Below, piece by piece: positions 1-14,089 of a stretch of 64,000 bases of DNA. Both the position numbers and the translations under genes were made by a program. Every line of letters starts with the position of its first letter. The stretch's first letter is position 1. The notes under the pieces are model-generated. The model ran no database searches and was not told the DNA's origin. It saw only the letters and a list, made by a program, of their open reading frames with translations. The DNA lies in contig JALJEE010002436.1 of assembly GCA_023231475.1 (NCBI GenBank), positions 186,001 to 250,000 of the forward strand, given 5' to 3'. The DNA is from Seison nebaliae (taxonomy: Eukaryota).

Positions 1-928
1 GACTGAAGAGTTTGAAAAGATAAATAAAAAATTCGTATTGTTGAGGATATTTAAATTTGACGAAGTCCCAAGTGGCTTTTAAACGGAAAATCGATGTACT
101 ATCGAGGGCAGCAGCTATCGCTCTCATCGAATTATAATTCTTTAGTAAACGTAAGGAATATGCAATGGAAAGTGTATGTTTGATATTTTTCGCACGTTCC
201 TCCAACAGATTAGCACGTAAAATGATATTTTGAAAGAGCAAAGTTATATGGAGATCAAGTTGAACAAGTTGTACTATGTTCGGAGCGAAATCCTCATGAT
301 TTTTCGACGCCCATGCATAATTGTCCAATTCTGTTTGAGGCACTTTCAACAACATCTGCCGATCAAGCAAAGTCAACTCGATTGCAAACAGCATCGGATC
401 GATATGAGTAAATCGAACATTTCTCGCTAATTTCCTAAGATCTGATGTACAATGAACTTTGAAGTCGACAGCTTCAATCGGTTTTACTTCAGAATCTGAT
501 GATGAAATTGATGTAGCTTTACGATCGGCAACTTGTGGTACTTGTTTCCATTCGTCTTTCAACCATTTTATCCACATTCGAAATTCACGTTGACTTAAGT
601 ACTTCAATCGATAATACTCGGTACTACCACTTAATTGTAAACCGATTTCGAACTTTTCCTGATTGTGAATAAAGAACTTCCCCGCTCCTTGCGGCAATAT
701 TCTCCACATATGAATCGGAGCTTCTTCTTTCACCTTCTTCAAATCCGTTAAAGGTGCTTGTTTCGCAAATAACACATTCTGCTTCGATGTCAATCCGATA
801 TAGCAGTTATCTAACCAATTTCCTTGAGCATCAACTTTGAGCGCAGGAGTTTCTGCGAACAACGTTTCATCTGGCAAAAGTATTCCTTCAAATCCATATT
901 CAAACAATAAATATGCAATTTCCCGCAT
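1..928 (-). CDS. Uncharacterised protein, partial; runs off the window start, possible PH-like N-terminal domain
   Basis: Manual translation from ATG at 928 gives MREIAYLLFEYGFEGILLPDETLFAETPALKVD...FRMWIKWLKDEW. It is missing from the ORF track, consistent with the stop lying outside the window. A short upstream exon from ATG 1002 is possible. Confidence 0.55.
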   Translation of the reverse strand, partial: MREIAYLLFEYGFEGILLPDETLFAETPALKVDAQGNWLDNCYIGLTSKQNVLFAKQAPLTDLKKVKEEAPIHMWRILPQGAGKFFIHNQEKFEIGLQLSGSTEYYRLKYLSQREFRMWIKWLKDEWKQVPQVADRKATSISSSDSEVKPIEAVDFKVHCTSDLRKLARNVRFTHIDPMLFAIELTLLDRQMLLKVPQTELDNYAWASKNHEDFAPNIVQLVQLDLHITLLFQNIILRANLLEERAKNIKHTLSIAYSLRLLKNYNSMRAIAAALDSTSIFRLKATWDFVKFKYPQQYEFFIYLFKLFS

Positions 929-1734
929 TCTAATATTGGGAAATTGGAAAAAAAATGAAATGGACTTTCACTTTTACACGTCGTTCCATCTATAATGTTC
1001 ATTTTTAATTTATAGTCAAATCAAAAACTATCTCGTTTCAATTCACCAAAAATAAATATTTCAATTTTTATACCATCTTCCTTCTTATTAATATAATTCT
1101 CATGTTCTCTAACCAAAACTACAACGGCAATTTAGATTTGTAATGGACGAATAGCTAATCTACTACTATCTGACCAAATTGTCAGATTAAGTCCAGTTTC
1201 AAATAGACTCATTTAAATACTAAATTAATATAAATAAATAGAAACGATTAATTCAATTTATATTACTAACCGATAAAGCAAAAATTCGTAATGTCTTTAA
1301 TTTATAAATTACTTTTATTAAACTTACTACCGAATAGTATAACATATATCGAGATTCTTTCTGTCCATTCATGATGAAAATGATTATAAGACTATCCTAA
1401 TTATCTTTAATCTATTTGTCTGATAGTATCTTTAAATTAAAAGAAGAAGAAGTATACAAATGTGTAAAGATGTTTTATTTCATTAAAAAATATAAAAACA
1501 AGTCTCTCATATTTTTCTTTGAATAATTATTCTTTAACTCTTACCACGTTATAAGTGATTTGTTTGCCCAAAACTTACATAACCAAAATTTACCCAATTC
1601 CGCACTAAAATGGGGACCTAAACTTTATATCATTGTTGAATGACCGAATTGTTTTCAATTTAACTCCAGAAATAGCTTTGAATAATAATGGAAATAAGAA
1701 AAACGGAAAAAAATAAAATGAGTAAGATATAATA

Positions 1735-1983
1735 TCATATACGTATACACATTCGATAGTAGGCATAACCCAGAAATAATACACCGAAAATTACACCATC
1801 AAACCATCGAGATTCATACCATTTTCTCACTGAACTCGTTATATAATTTACTTCGGTACTAAGAATCGAGGAATAGATTCCTGTGAGTCCAAAATTCTTT
1901 GGAAATCTACGGTTCCTGTTTCGAGAAGTAGTCAACCTTCGTTCAAATAAGTTTTTAAAGTTATTTAATATAGAACGAAACAT
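1735..1983 (-). CDS. Small protein with a basic N-terminus and a C-terminal TM helix, possibly mitochondrial
   Basis: MFRSILNNFKNLFERRLTTSR...WFDGVIFGVLFLGYAYYRMCIRI; ATG follows a ccag acceptor-like site. Confidence 0.3.
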   Translation of the reverse strand: MFRSILNNFKNLFERRLTTSRNRNRRFPKNFGLTGIYSSILSTEVNYITSSVRKWYESRWFDGVIFGVLFLGYAYYRMCIRI

Positions 1984-2649
1984 CTGGAAAAGAATGAATA
2001 TTAACCCAAAATCGAAAAGAAATAAACTATTTTTCTTAAAATTCCAACTGTAACAGACATAAGTGAATAAACTCTCTTTTATATTCGAAAGAAACGAAAA
2101 CTTTCCAATTTTTAGTTTTCGATTGTGAATTAGTTCCTTCAACAATGTTCTTTAAAAATGTTATACAAACATGATAATTTTGTGCTATTCAATAATAATA
2201 ATAACTGACTAATAATAAATTATTCTTTCTTTTAGCAATAGATTTTGCGAATTACCATGTGAAAATCATTGTTCCTCAAAGGATAGGTATTTTTTTGAAC
2301 TTTTCCTTCTTCCGATATCGTTTATTTAGGCCTATATACAGTTTTATTAAGACCCAAATAATTCTTAATTGATGTTATAGACAGCTGACGGATCTTAATT
2401 ATCTGATAGATTATATTTCAACTTAAGTCAACTGAAACTTCACTTAATTTTATTATAATATTAATTAATTTATATTTTTTATTCTTATAACCATTATTTT
2501 ATAATAATTCAATTTTAATTGAAAATGAAATATTTAAGAAATGTTAATAAGAATAAGAAATTTTGAACATTTATTTGTAAGGATGACAATAACTAACGTT
2601 AATAGGATATGAATGTCAAATCATGAGAGCAAGTTATTAATTTTACTTT

Positions 2650-3606
2650 TTAATAGAAAGATGAATTTTCCCAAATTATCCTCCATTGCTTCCGAAAAGA
2701 TGGCAGTGCTACACAGATGAAAAGGAAATTGAATATAAAATATGAGAAAGCTAAGAATACACCAATTTCATAGAAGGCCATGAAAGTTTTGGAGACATTG
2801 CCGATATAAAAAAACTTGATACTTTCCATCAAAATGATTTGGGTGGTTAGAATGAGCATCATAGTATTTTGAACGAACAGTAACTTAGTCAATTGTTTGT
2901 TACGCTCATTATTAGCTAAATGAATAATCGATTTGTCTGAAGAGATCGAATGTATTATAGAGATGGTAGATACGACATTTGGAATAATATATTGTAGAAC
3001 CAACTTAACTATGTGATATGGACAATGCTTAGCCACCAAAAGTGCCGAGGTAATTTTACAAATTTTTCCTTGGTAAAAGAATATATAGAGATATGTTATC
3101 ACGCTTCCCACGAAGATAATTAAGAAATTATAAAAACAATAATGATAAGCTTTTTCCTTCATCTTTGATAATCCGCCGATGAAGTTCCAATTCAACTTTC
3201 GATAAAAACCATTTTCTGGATGTATTTTACTGCGACATTTAAATCGCCACATTTGGAAGTTCATTGAACAATGTAAACCAACTGTATTTTGTAGTACGAC
3301 GGAGAAAATATAGGTTGTAGACAAACAAAATTTTCTCGAAGGAAAAATTGTCTTCCTGTAAAATAGATCGATCACACTGACTGATATGATAATGAGCGCG
3401 AGGAGACCATGAAAAATTGATCGAATCATAAGAAATATATAAATTTTCATTAGGGAATATGTTTGCAAATTACGATTGATGAGTATATTGTTGTATTTTA
3501 AGTTGTTCAACATTTTCTTGATAACAAAGAAAGCACAAATACTTCCCACACCACCCACAACCGATTCGATTATTAAGATACAAGCAGCGACGACAGTAAT
3601 ATTCAT
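2650..3606 (-). CDS. Divergent intronless 7TM/GPCR-like membrane protein
   Basis: 318-aa ORF with about 7 hydrophobic segments, a Cys before putative TM3 and an NFLFICVALPSFRK TM7/helix-8-like end. Confidence 0.6.
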   Translation of the reverse strand: MNITVVAACILIIESVVGGVGSICAFFVIKKMLNNLKYNNILINRNLQTYSLMKIYIFLMIRSIFHGLLALIIISVSVIDLFYRKTIFPSRKFCLSTTYIFSVVLQNTVGLHCSMNFQMWRFKCRSKIHPENGFYRKLNWNFIGGLSKMKEKAYHYCFYNFLIIFVGSVITYLYIFFYQGKICKITSALLVAKHCPYHIVKLVLQYIIPNVVSTISIIHSISSDKSIIHLANNERNKQLTKLLFVQNTMMLILTTQIILMESIKFFYIGNVSKTFMAFYEIGVFLAFSYFIFNFLFICVALPSFRKQWRIIWENSSFY

Positions 3607-4117
3607 AGTTGAAAATAGAAATGTTTCGAGAAAACCTGAATATTTTCATATTAAAACTGTAATTTATGATTGAAAATTTAATTATGCAGAAAATTGAAGA
3701 ATCCAACTAATACACTTGCAATTTTAAATCTTTGATTCTTCTCAAATTAATGGAAAAAATTCTTTGAAAAATTGGAGAAATTGAATGTGTAAATGTTAAG
3801 TGGTATCTGTTTTCAATTTGCTAAAGGATTTAATTTCCCACTAATTATTTGATGGGAAGATAAAGTTAAATATTATTCGAATGAAAAATCTTTATTGATT
3901 AACAATAGCAATTTCGGGAAACGGTAGAAAAATTTATATGAAGAGAAAGAAAATATATAGCAGAATATCATTTTACTTTGTTATTAAAATATGTATCATA
4001 AATTCTTTTCATTATGATTCTTAATATCGAATTGATTAGAGTTGATGAAATTGAAATATTTCTAAGAAGTTTTTGGAATTTTAAAAAATTTCTCTAATTC
4101 TCTTTCAACATTTCTCT

Positions 4118-5014
4118 TCATTTTAATATTGCAACTTTGTCATCACCGTTGACTACCGAAGCATAATCTGGTACTTTTGTTTCACCGTCTTCAATATCTG
4201 TATGAAATTAATAAATAATATTTAAATTTGAGAAAGAAAATAACCGTTCTCTTTTTGAGCTGCCTCTCCATACCATTGTTGTACAGTTTTGACGTATAAG
4301 TTCCAGAAATAAATTCTGAAAAAATTCATAAGAGATTAAAAATGATGATAAGTGCAAATAGAAATTGAACCCGTACAGATAATTGCACATGAATAGACAT
4401 GAGAGAATTGTTAGAATGAAGAATATGATGGAACATATCACCAAAATTCCAACAATGACACAAAGTGCTAAAAGAAAATTATTATTTATCATCAAAAATC
4501 AATGGACAACCTCTATCAGGTGAGAATGATTTGTAATATGTTAATTGGAGTCGTTGAGATGATCCAACTTGTCCACTCTCGATACATTCGCCTTCGATAG
4601 ATACAACTGGCATTGCGAAACGAACAAAGCTACAATATCTAGCTCGACGACTTATATCGATACCACATGAGGAACCGTTACATGATTCCGAAAATTCATT
4701 CATCTCATCACTATCTTCAATTTCATGTTGTTTGTAACATGAAGGAAGAGTGTTGTCGTGACTGAACCAAGCATAATTACAACATCCACTTATTACTTTT
4801 CTGACATTTGCAACATGATTTGTTGGACAATTCGCCTGAACCACTTGATGGAAAGTTCGGGGGAAAATGACTATAAAAATTTGAAATTTTCAAATTTATT
4901 TTAATTACCAATAATTATGAATGGAATTTTAAAAAGTAAAAATTAACCGGAATTGAAACAATTTCCTCCAGAAACTATCGATAATATAACACCGACTAAT
5001 ATGAGAAGTTTCAT
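4118..5014 (-). CDS. Single-pass membrane protein with a signal peptide and a Cys-rich ectodomain (multi-exon)
   Basis: MKLLILVGVILSIVSGG signal, Cys-rich ORF 4482-4844, TM ALCVIVGILVICSIIFFILTIL joined by a GT..AG intron, tail ending PDYASVVNGDDKVAILK*. Confidence 0.55.
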
Positions 5015-5317
5015 TTTTAGTTAATGAAAAGAATTAATAATGAAAATAAAATATTCATCCATCAATTCAATAATATTGACACTCGTTCACTTAACGACGT
5101 CATAATGAAATCATTGAAGCGAAACGTATGACGTATAAAGCGACAATCGTTTCACAATTTCATGATATTCGATCGTCATCCAATTTTACATACGAATTTC
5201 AAGAAAAACAAATCTCAAAATGAATTTGCTAATTTAATAAAATTTTATTTTAATTTTAAAAATTATTTAATTTATTTATTGATTATCAATGATATTTGAA
5301 ACAAGAAATATTATCTA

Positions 5318-8300
5318 TTACCATTTCTTCAATTCAGGGTCATCAATATCATTGATGATTTTCTCCGGAATAATACCATGAACTGCGAAATCGTTCTTCA
5401 TCTTCTCCATTTCTCGAGCGTTACATAAAAATATTCTTTTTGTTTCCATTTTTCGAGATTGAAGTTTTAGAAGAAGTTGATGAACTGCGTTCGACGATTT
5501 CACATCGACATTCGACGGAATGAATAACGGTAGAATATAATCGATAATTGTGTCAATTACTTCTTCTTTCGTCACTTGATCGACCGCCCGAATTAATGTT
5601 CGATTATAATTGTGTGGAATCTTTTTGAGAATTCCCATTTCCATTTTGTCGACCACTTTCGCCACCGATTCTTCTTCATGTATCAATTCGTATTGAACTG
5701 AACCTTTCGCACTTTGAAGTAAATCTTCACTGAAGCCTAAAAAGAATACAATTTAATAATTTGAATTAAAATCATTTATAAACCAATTTCCGTTTCATTA
5801 TCGATTTCTGATGAAGTATCAGAACCGAAATCAGATGGATTTTCATCCGACGGAATATCTTCTAATCGTTCTCCAACTTTCTCTAATAATTTATTCAATT
5901 CACCAACACCAAATAATTTTTCGGCTTGTGGAGTATTAACTAAACATTTCAACTGGAAAATAAATTTAATGAAAACGAAAAATTGATGGTGATGAAAAAA
6001 AAACCGTTGACAAAACACATTCCAAATAAGCGTTCACTAATTTCGCACTTTGATAAATTCGTAGAGAGACGAGTGATGTTTCAGGATTATGATGTAAACT
6101 GACATGATAGGCTAAACCTTTTCCACGAACACTTCGCCAATATGGACCCTAAAAAGAAAATAAAAATTAAGAAAAAAAATTATATTTAATAATTAAATAA
6201 ATTATTTAACTTCTAATTGAGATAAATATGACATAGTAGTGAGTAGTTTGGGAAGATTTGGATGTTGGAACAAATCGATATCTGTAGCGAAAGCGATAAA
6301 CATATATGACGAATTTGTACTATTCATCGATACTCCGATGGTATTGAATGATGGATGATGGTTATGGAGACGATCATTCGGAAACAAATTAAGTTGAGTT
6401 GGAAGATTCTGAACTTCTTCCTTACACTTCGTCATACGTAGCCATTGCTTCGCATAATTGACGTTATTAAAGAATGATGATTTATCTGATGGTTTATCAA
6501 ATTTCTCTTTCCATTCTCTCAACATTTCATTAAATTTCGAATGATTCTTCAACTTCTCATAATTGGACGGATTACAACTACATTCCATATGGAAGAGATT
6601 TGAATTGAGTAATTTCAATTTCAATTCTTCCAATTTCACCGGAATATCTTCGAACGCCAATTTATCGGTGAGAAGATGATTGAAAAATTCGTCTTGTCTC
6701 ATCGGACAATTGATCCAATTTAACGTGTAGGGAGAATAAATGTAATTTTTCACAGTTGTCGCAATGAAAGAACGTACAGCTTGATTTCGATATTCGTTGA
6801 TGGAAGCTCTCGTTTGTTGAATGAGAGTTTTGATTCGTTCACCAGTAAAATGAGTATACATAAGAATTGAGAAAAATAATTTGAGTAGAATTGGAAATCT
6901 TTCATCACCTTTCACCCAGAAATGGAGAACGGAAGGAAAGATATGTGAAGAGAATAAAGAAATCGATTGATTACTTCCATTCAAACCGATCGAACATCCA
7001 TGATCCAAAATAATTTTTCGAATAATTTTCGATAATTGAACATCACTAATAATATGATTATTCGATCTCATTTCACTCGATGGTAACAATTCCATCAATT
7101 CATTATATGTCGTCTTATTCGGCATCTTTAACGACGATTCAAAAAGACATCGAATAAATAATGGTAAAATCATCATCTCATCAGCTGATAATTTCGCTTC
7201 TTTCCAATTCACTATCAAACTAAACGTTCCAAATGATGTGTTCAATAAATTGACAGCATCAAACATTGGCAACGAATCTTCTTTCGGCAACTGTCGACAT
7301 TTTATATAATTGTCAATTAATCCTGCATCAGTTCTCGTCATTATCGGCATTGTATATTTCTCCTAAATATTAATTAAATTTAAAATTATTTTTTATATTT
7401 TTTCCTTTCAAAATATAAATTCAATTAACATCATTCGTTTTTAATGCGTCTTCTAATTTGTCTCCGCAAAGACCAAGACCGGCCGATCCCAAATCATTTT
7501 TTCTACTCACAATTCTCTGTTTCTCCAATTCATTCATTTCATTTTTGAAATTCTTCGATGGTTTCCCAATGATCTATAAGAGAATAATCAGAAAATACAA
7601 GAAAATAAGAATAAACAGTTGCAAATATGGCAGAGGAAGAGAAATATGTTTTCATTTTCTCTACCCAAAATTCTCCATTCTCTTCGATCAATCCTCTAGT
7701 GATCTCTAACGAATTCAATAATTGTTCGAACTAAAATATTATGAATGAGAGAAAAGAAAGTGAAAAATAATTAACATTAAATTTATTCTCTTTATTATGA
7801 ATCGTCATCTCTTCACCATACAAGAAGTCTTTGATGCAAACAGCAGTATAAGAATTCTCTGGCATTGCTTCCATCTTTTCCATTAAAATGAAAATTATTC
7901 TGAAAATAAAGAAAAGAAATTAAACTTCTTCTCGTTCTCCTGATATGCTCATTTTCAATATATTTCTCATATGATTAATATCGAATTCGATGGTCTGATG
8001 AACACAAATATCCTCAATTATTTTTAGAATTCTATCGAAAAATTTTTGATGAAATTTTTGAAAAAAATAAATTATTTAAAAACTTCTCTCGAAAATCATC
8101 TAATTCATTGAAATTGATATTGGAAATTTTCACTTCAAATATCGATTTGGAATAAGGACATTCTTCCACATCCATCGTATCACAAATTGGATTTTCATTT
8201 TCAATGAATGCTTGATAAATTGGCGATGTTGTCGATTCGAATAAATATTTCAGGAGGAACATCTGAATTTCATTTTCTCTCAAATTCTTTCATAATTCTC

Positions 8301-9339
8301 ATTAACATTTAAATTCAATTGATAATAATAACTGATGAATCATCTCCAGTGTAGACGAAATAAAGATATCCTTTATCTTCATTCTCTGATGAATAGAGAA
8401 CTGTCTGTTTTGTCGATTCTTTCATCATCATAATACTCGATTGCCATGGTTTGACGAATGGTAGATTTAAAATGGTTTCCTTTAAATAATTCATTAAATA
8501 AATGTAAAATTAAACAGAATTAACATCTTTCAAATAATCCAATAAATATTTATCGATTTCATTCATTATCAATTTATCATCAAATTGACCAATGACGATT
8601 AATCCAAAATTTTTCAATGAATAAAAATTTTGATGATATTGTCTCACCTAAATTATTTTAATGAAATTATATTAAATTATTTTATCGAATAAAAAACGGA
8701 ACTTTCTCATTCGATGTCGATATTCTCAAATTTTCACATTTTCCACCAGTTTCCGATCGATATCCACAATCGACATCTGGAAAGACGTCTTCACGCCATG
8801 CATCATTACATCGTGATTCTGCTTCCAATTCATGACTTTGCATTTCGCAATAAACAGTTCCTGCATCTTCACCATCGTGATTGATGTGATGCACTTCAGT
8901 CAAATAAGCGGCGTCAGTTAATGTGGGTCGTAAAATGTGATCGAGATAAACTGGAAGAATTTTTAGAAATCCTTCCAATCCAGCAGTTGTCACCGTATAA
9001 GCAGTATGATCGACGGCCGTCCATGCATTCGTTCCGACAGATAAACATTTCGATGCTGCCACATCCAAAAATCCTTTTTCTGGATAATTTTTACTTCCCA
9101 TAAAAATTAAATGTTCGAGTGTGTGTGGCAAACCATCATGGTCATGTGCTTCCGTTCCTATTCAATACAAATTGAGGATTGAGAAGAATTGAAATATAGA
9201 AATTACCTAAAACAAAAATTCCATGAACCATCGGTGTTTCAGCACGACAACCATAAAAAGCTGTACCGACACTATGTCGATATTTGTTGACGCGATATAA
9301 AGCGTCCGGGGCAGACGTAACTAAAGACTTCCAACTCAT
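5318..9339 (-). CDS. M16-family (inverzincin) metallopeptidase, presequence-protease/C05D11.1-like, about 10 short introns
   Basis: Spliced TEAHDHDGLPHTLEHLIFMGS (HxxEH), TNAWTAVDHTAYT, GTVYCEMQ, C-terminal GPYWRSVRGKGLAY. Confidence 0.85.
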
Positions 9340-11099
9340 TTACTTCTACAAATAGATGTGAAATGATGTTCTGAATAATTGGAGCTAAATATTCACATCC
9401 AAACGATAACATAAATGAAACGATTAAAGTAATAAAAAGATTATTAGAGTTTCAATCACTACACGTTTCCAATTTGGTATATTTGAATTTTTTTTTCATT
9501 TATTAAAATCTTTGTTCAATTTTGTTTTAGTGTCAATTTTAGTGTTCTTTTAAATAAAAAATTTAAGTTCCTAAATTTAAATTTTGAAAGTTCAAATAAT
9601 TGATAAAATTTATACAGTAAATAATGTTCTCTCAAAGACTGATTTAAGAGGTCATTTTAACCATACTACAATATAGCTTAAATTTAGTTAAAAAATAAAA
9701 TATCACAATATTCATCTTCAATTAAGAAATTAAGGATAAATATATGAGTTGTCTAATTTTAAGTTTTTATTTTAGACTTTCACAATAATGATTCAATATT
9801 TATTTTGTATAATCTAATCAAAAGATCAATTATATATAGTGAACTTCAACTGTAATATGAGGTTCTCACTGTAAGGAATTCATTAAGCTATAGAAATATC
9901 TGGTAAATGAATGAAAAGATTAAATGAGTTACGTTGTAGCTGGCAGTTAAGAACCTGTTTGTTCTCACAAACATAGAGATCGACATAGAGAGAACGCAAA
10001 TTCTTCAGATCACCTGAAATATTACTAAAATGAACTACAATATTAATCATTACATGACAACTTGTCAAATTAATACTCCAGATAATTTGGAAATTTTGAG
10101 CAAAGAAAAGTTTTCATTATTCCGGTAATCATCGATAATATTTCTGTTAGATTGCCTTTATTTCTTCATTGGTTATGCACGCTATCCAAACTTTTGGAAA
10201 TGGGACAGATAAAGAAAAAACTGTTAAACGGTTCTTTTAAGCGTAAAAAGAATAAAATAATATTTGAATGAATTGAAATTAGAATAAAATCATTTCGTAA
10301 TAAATCCTATCTAAATTTATAGAATAAAATTTGTTATTAAAGAAAGTAAGTTAGAGGATCGGGGAGGATGTACAATTGAAAGTTTAATTATAGTTTCGTA
10401 AAGAATGTGTTGGTGAATAGATAATCCATCAAAACTGAAGTTGTGAAGAAATTCAATTAAATAAAGTGAAACATAAGGAATTGATTGGTAGATTCATAAG
10501 GTCCCTTTCATAATTATAGGAGGGAAAGTTGAGTGATCGTTTGTCAATTATTTGTGTTTCACTCCTCCACTTGGACGAATTCAGTTGAGTCGAATATTTC
10601 GATTGACTAATTGACGTACAATCTAACATTTTATGAATTACGTAATTGGAAAAGAAGAGTGTTGAAGAAGGATCGAAGAGAATAATTCATGAAGAAATTA
10701 AAAAATGACAAATAGAAATAATAATTAACAAATCTTCTCTTCTTCGAATGACAAGATCGAGTCAAAGTTCATAAATATTATTAGTGTGAATGATATTAGA
10801 AGATTCATTTATACTCTATTGGGAGCAATGAGAGTGGATGATTCAGGATATTTAAATGTTCATCAGACACTTAATATGTCTTGGGATAGTTTGTACCTAT
10901 CACGGCAATCGCCTATAATGGGTGGATAGTGTGGCAAAATAATTATAAGGTTCACTGCAAATCATCTGAACTTCGAATATTTCCACTTAAATAATGATAA
11001 TGAAGAATGAATTTACTCTCATCATCAATTCTTCTTTTCCCTTCTTTCTTTTTAACCAAATTAATATTTTAATTTCATTTGCATACTTTCTTCTTCCTT

Positions 11100-11101
<2 letters not shown>

Positions 11102-11135
<34 letters not shown>
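11102..11135. repeat. (CAT)n microsatellite
   Basis: About 11 tandem CAT units. Confidence 0.9.
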
Positions 11136-11137
<2 letters not shown>

Positions 11138-11900
11138 CAGAGAGATCACATCGATTAGAGATGAATTTATGAATTCATAAAAATTACATAGAATTATTAA
11201 ATGTTCATGTTTACGTCGATCGATAGAATTACTTTCAACATTTTCTCTAACAACCAAATAATTTGTTAGTGAAATAATAAATGAAAGTTAATTATTAGTG
11301 GGGCGGATTGATGGAATTTGATGTTTAATTGAATTAAAGTCGTTCATTATAAAATGAGTTCATATTGAGAATAAGAACAAGCGGTAAGTGAATTATTCGT
11401 TAAGCAGATACACGAAAGAGCAGTTCGTTAAATTGCAACTTATTGTTTTCCAGTCGAATATGAAATGAATCGATTTCCATTGAACGAATTAAACATTAAT
11501 GGTAATAATGAAAATGAGGATTAAATGAGTTAATGCTTATCCATCATTAACATTCATTTTACCTTTTCAATGAATTAGTGAGAGAAGGAAATTGTGTATC
11601 ATTATCATTTGTAATTACGAAAGTAATTAACTTCTTTCTCAATTCATTTCATTTTCTAATGTATCTCGAAGAAATTTTATTGTTTTGAAGAGTTTGACTC
11701 GTTTCAACTATTCATAAGTCAGATCGAGAGAGAACAATACTTAATTCAATTTAGATTGATTAGAATCTATTGTGTTCATCATCATCATTATTCATCTCTC
11801 TCACAGTTCGATCGAGTTCCGTAATAATAAACATACCTTCTCTCAACTTATAATTCTAATTCATTGATAGATATCTTCTCATTTCTTCTTTCATTTATTT

Positions 11901-13015
11901 ATGTTTACCAATCGATCATCACATCTCGATCAGACGAACAATATTCATTCAATTAACACCAACAATTGGATGGGAACGAACGAGAAGGTTTTATTGGATT
12001 TTCTCCAGAAATCTTTAATGGAACAAACACCTGAATCGCTTATCAATTTATTCATCACATCCATCCGTAATAACATTAGGAATAAATCGAATAATTCCGA
12101 TACATCATCTCAAAGGAGTAATGAATCAACTCCTAAGAAGAGTGCATTTGATATCGACGTTCTTCTCGGCTCATCATCTCAAACTGACAACAATCAAATC
12201 GTTGACAATTCAAATGCTAATATTATTCACTCCAACACAGATAACCATCAACTAATAGACCAAATATTAGACAACACTTCTAGAAAACGATCTGCTGACG
12301 ATAACTGCCAAAATTGGTTACCCAACAAATTTCCTTTGAGAGACGATCAAACAACTTCCGTTAATATTTCGAAGTTTATTTCTCCAAATTATGAACATTT
12401 TTCAATTTTTAGTTTCAAAATTTACGTGAAAACAAATTTCGATATAGCGTCCCAAAAAATTTCAAGAAAGAAAACGAATACGGAAAACAAGAGAATGACA
12501 AACCACGAAAGGAAAAGAAGACACTACCACCACAAGGTTCGAGTGAACTGTTTCCTGCTTGGGTTTATTGTACTCGATATAGTGATCGTCCGAGTGCCGG
12601 TTAGTCGAATTGTAGTAGATGTTGAAAGAGACTTATAAATTATTCAGGACCTCGTATTCGACGAATCAAATCAAAGTCCGAAGAAAGAACGAAATATTCT
12701 CAAAGTAAACGACCACGAACCGCATTCACCGCTCAACAACTCAAATATCTGAGAGATGAATTCGATAAAAGTAAATATTTGACAGGTGAGCGACGAATGT
12801 CATTAGCGAAAAAATTGAATTTACATGAAACACAAATCAAAATTTGGTTTCAAAATAAACGAGCAAAAATCAAGAAAGCTCTTGGTCATAAAAATACTTT
12901 AGCTGCTCAACTGATGGCACAAGGCCTCTATAATCACTCAACAACAATTGCGACTGATTCTGATGATTCTTCGGAAACATATTCCAATGATATTTCTTTA
13001 GAGAATAAATATTAA
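11901..13015 (+). CDS. en: Engrailed homeobox protein; exons 11901-12359, 12413-12599, 12648-13015
   Basis: eh1-like FDIDVLL, EH2 [19 protein letters not shown], homeodomain KRPRTAF...[17 protein letters not shown]5 [15 protein letters not shown]; spliced length 1014 nt, in frame. Confidence 0.97.
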
Positions 13016-14089
13016 TTAAATACCCTTCCTCATTTTATTTAACGATGATATTTCCCTGTCAAGAACTGTTTTCTAAATTTTGAGAAACATTATCCTTATT
13101 CTTTTGTAATAAATTTATTCATCTTAATTTACTTACAAATATTTGTTTATCAAATATTTTTATTCTTTCATTTACCTTCATATTTCTTTCCAATACCAAC
13201 CACTGTTTTAAACACCGGTTTGATGATCGGTTTACCTATACTACTATTGAACTGGTGTTATTACTCGTTTATAATAAATAAAAAATTTACAAATTTCTTA
13301 TTGGATATCATAACTAATTTGTCCATTATTAGTGTATCATATAGTCTATATATAGTATCAAATAATTTAAATTATTTAAAAATATTACTAATATGAAGTT
13401 ATAATTACAAAATGGTACATTGTAATTTGTTTAAAAGTAATCGACCTAAATTGTTCCTTCTAAATGCTCATAAATTTCTCAAGTCGAAATAACAATGACA
13501 TTCTATTGCATTGAGGACAATTAAGTAGTACTGACAGTAGTGCTGTCTTACAATAATAATCGAAAGAATTTTCCTTCTAAAATTTATTATTGAAATCCCA
13601 ATTTGTACAATTTGAGTTTTTATTGGTCGATTTCATATTTTACGGTCTTTCTATTTCTACGTTTCATGAGATTCAGAGACTTATGAATAGCATTGGGAAC
13701 GTGTCTAGGTCACTACCACCAAAATAAAACTTTGTTATATCTAACTCTATCTATGTCTGAAATAGGGATATAAGAAAGAATCGAATCCTAATTTTTTTTT
13801 AGTTCTATAAAATAACAGATTATTATCGTAATTATAGAATATTGTAATAGTTATAAATTAGGTATTAGGTATTAGGTTTGTTTCTCAAATATGGAAATGT
13901 TGAAGAAAAAAAAGAGTAGAAAAGTTTTAATCCAATGGAGAAAGATTGATAGAGATCATACCACGAAATTAGAGCACGAGAATTGATTTCACAAAATGGA
14001 ATGATTGTAGAACGGAATGGAATATCATAGAGAAGTAAATAGAATAAAGTTTAGAATGAAATATAATTACAATAATACAAATGCGGTGG

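Noticed and set aside
11075..11257. ORF with a poly-Met run
   Set aside because: Translation of the (CAT)n microsatellite
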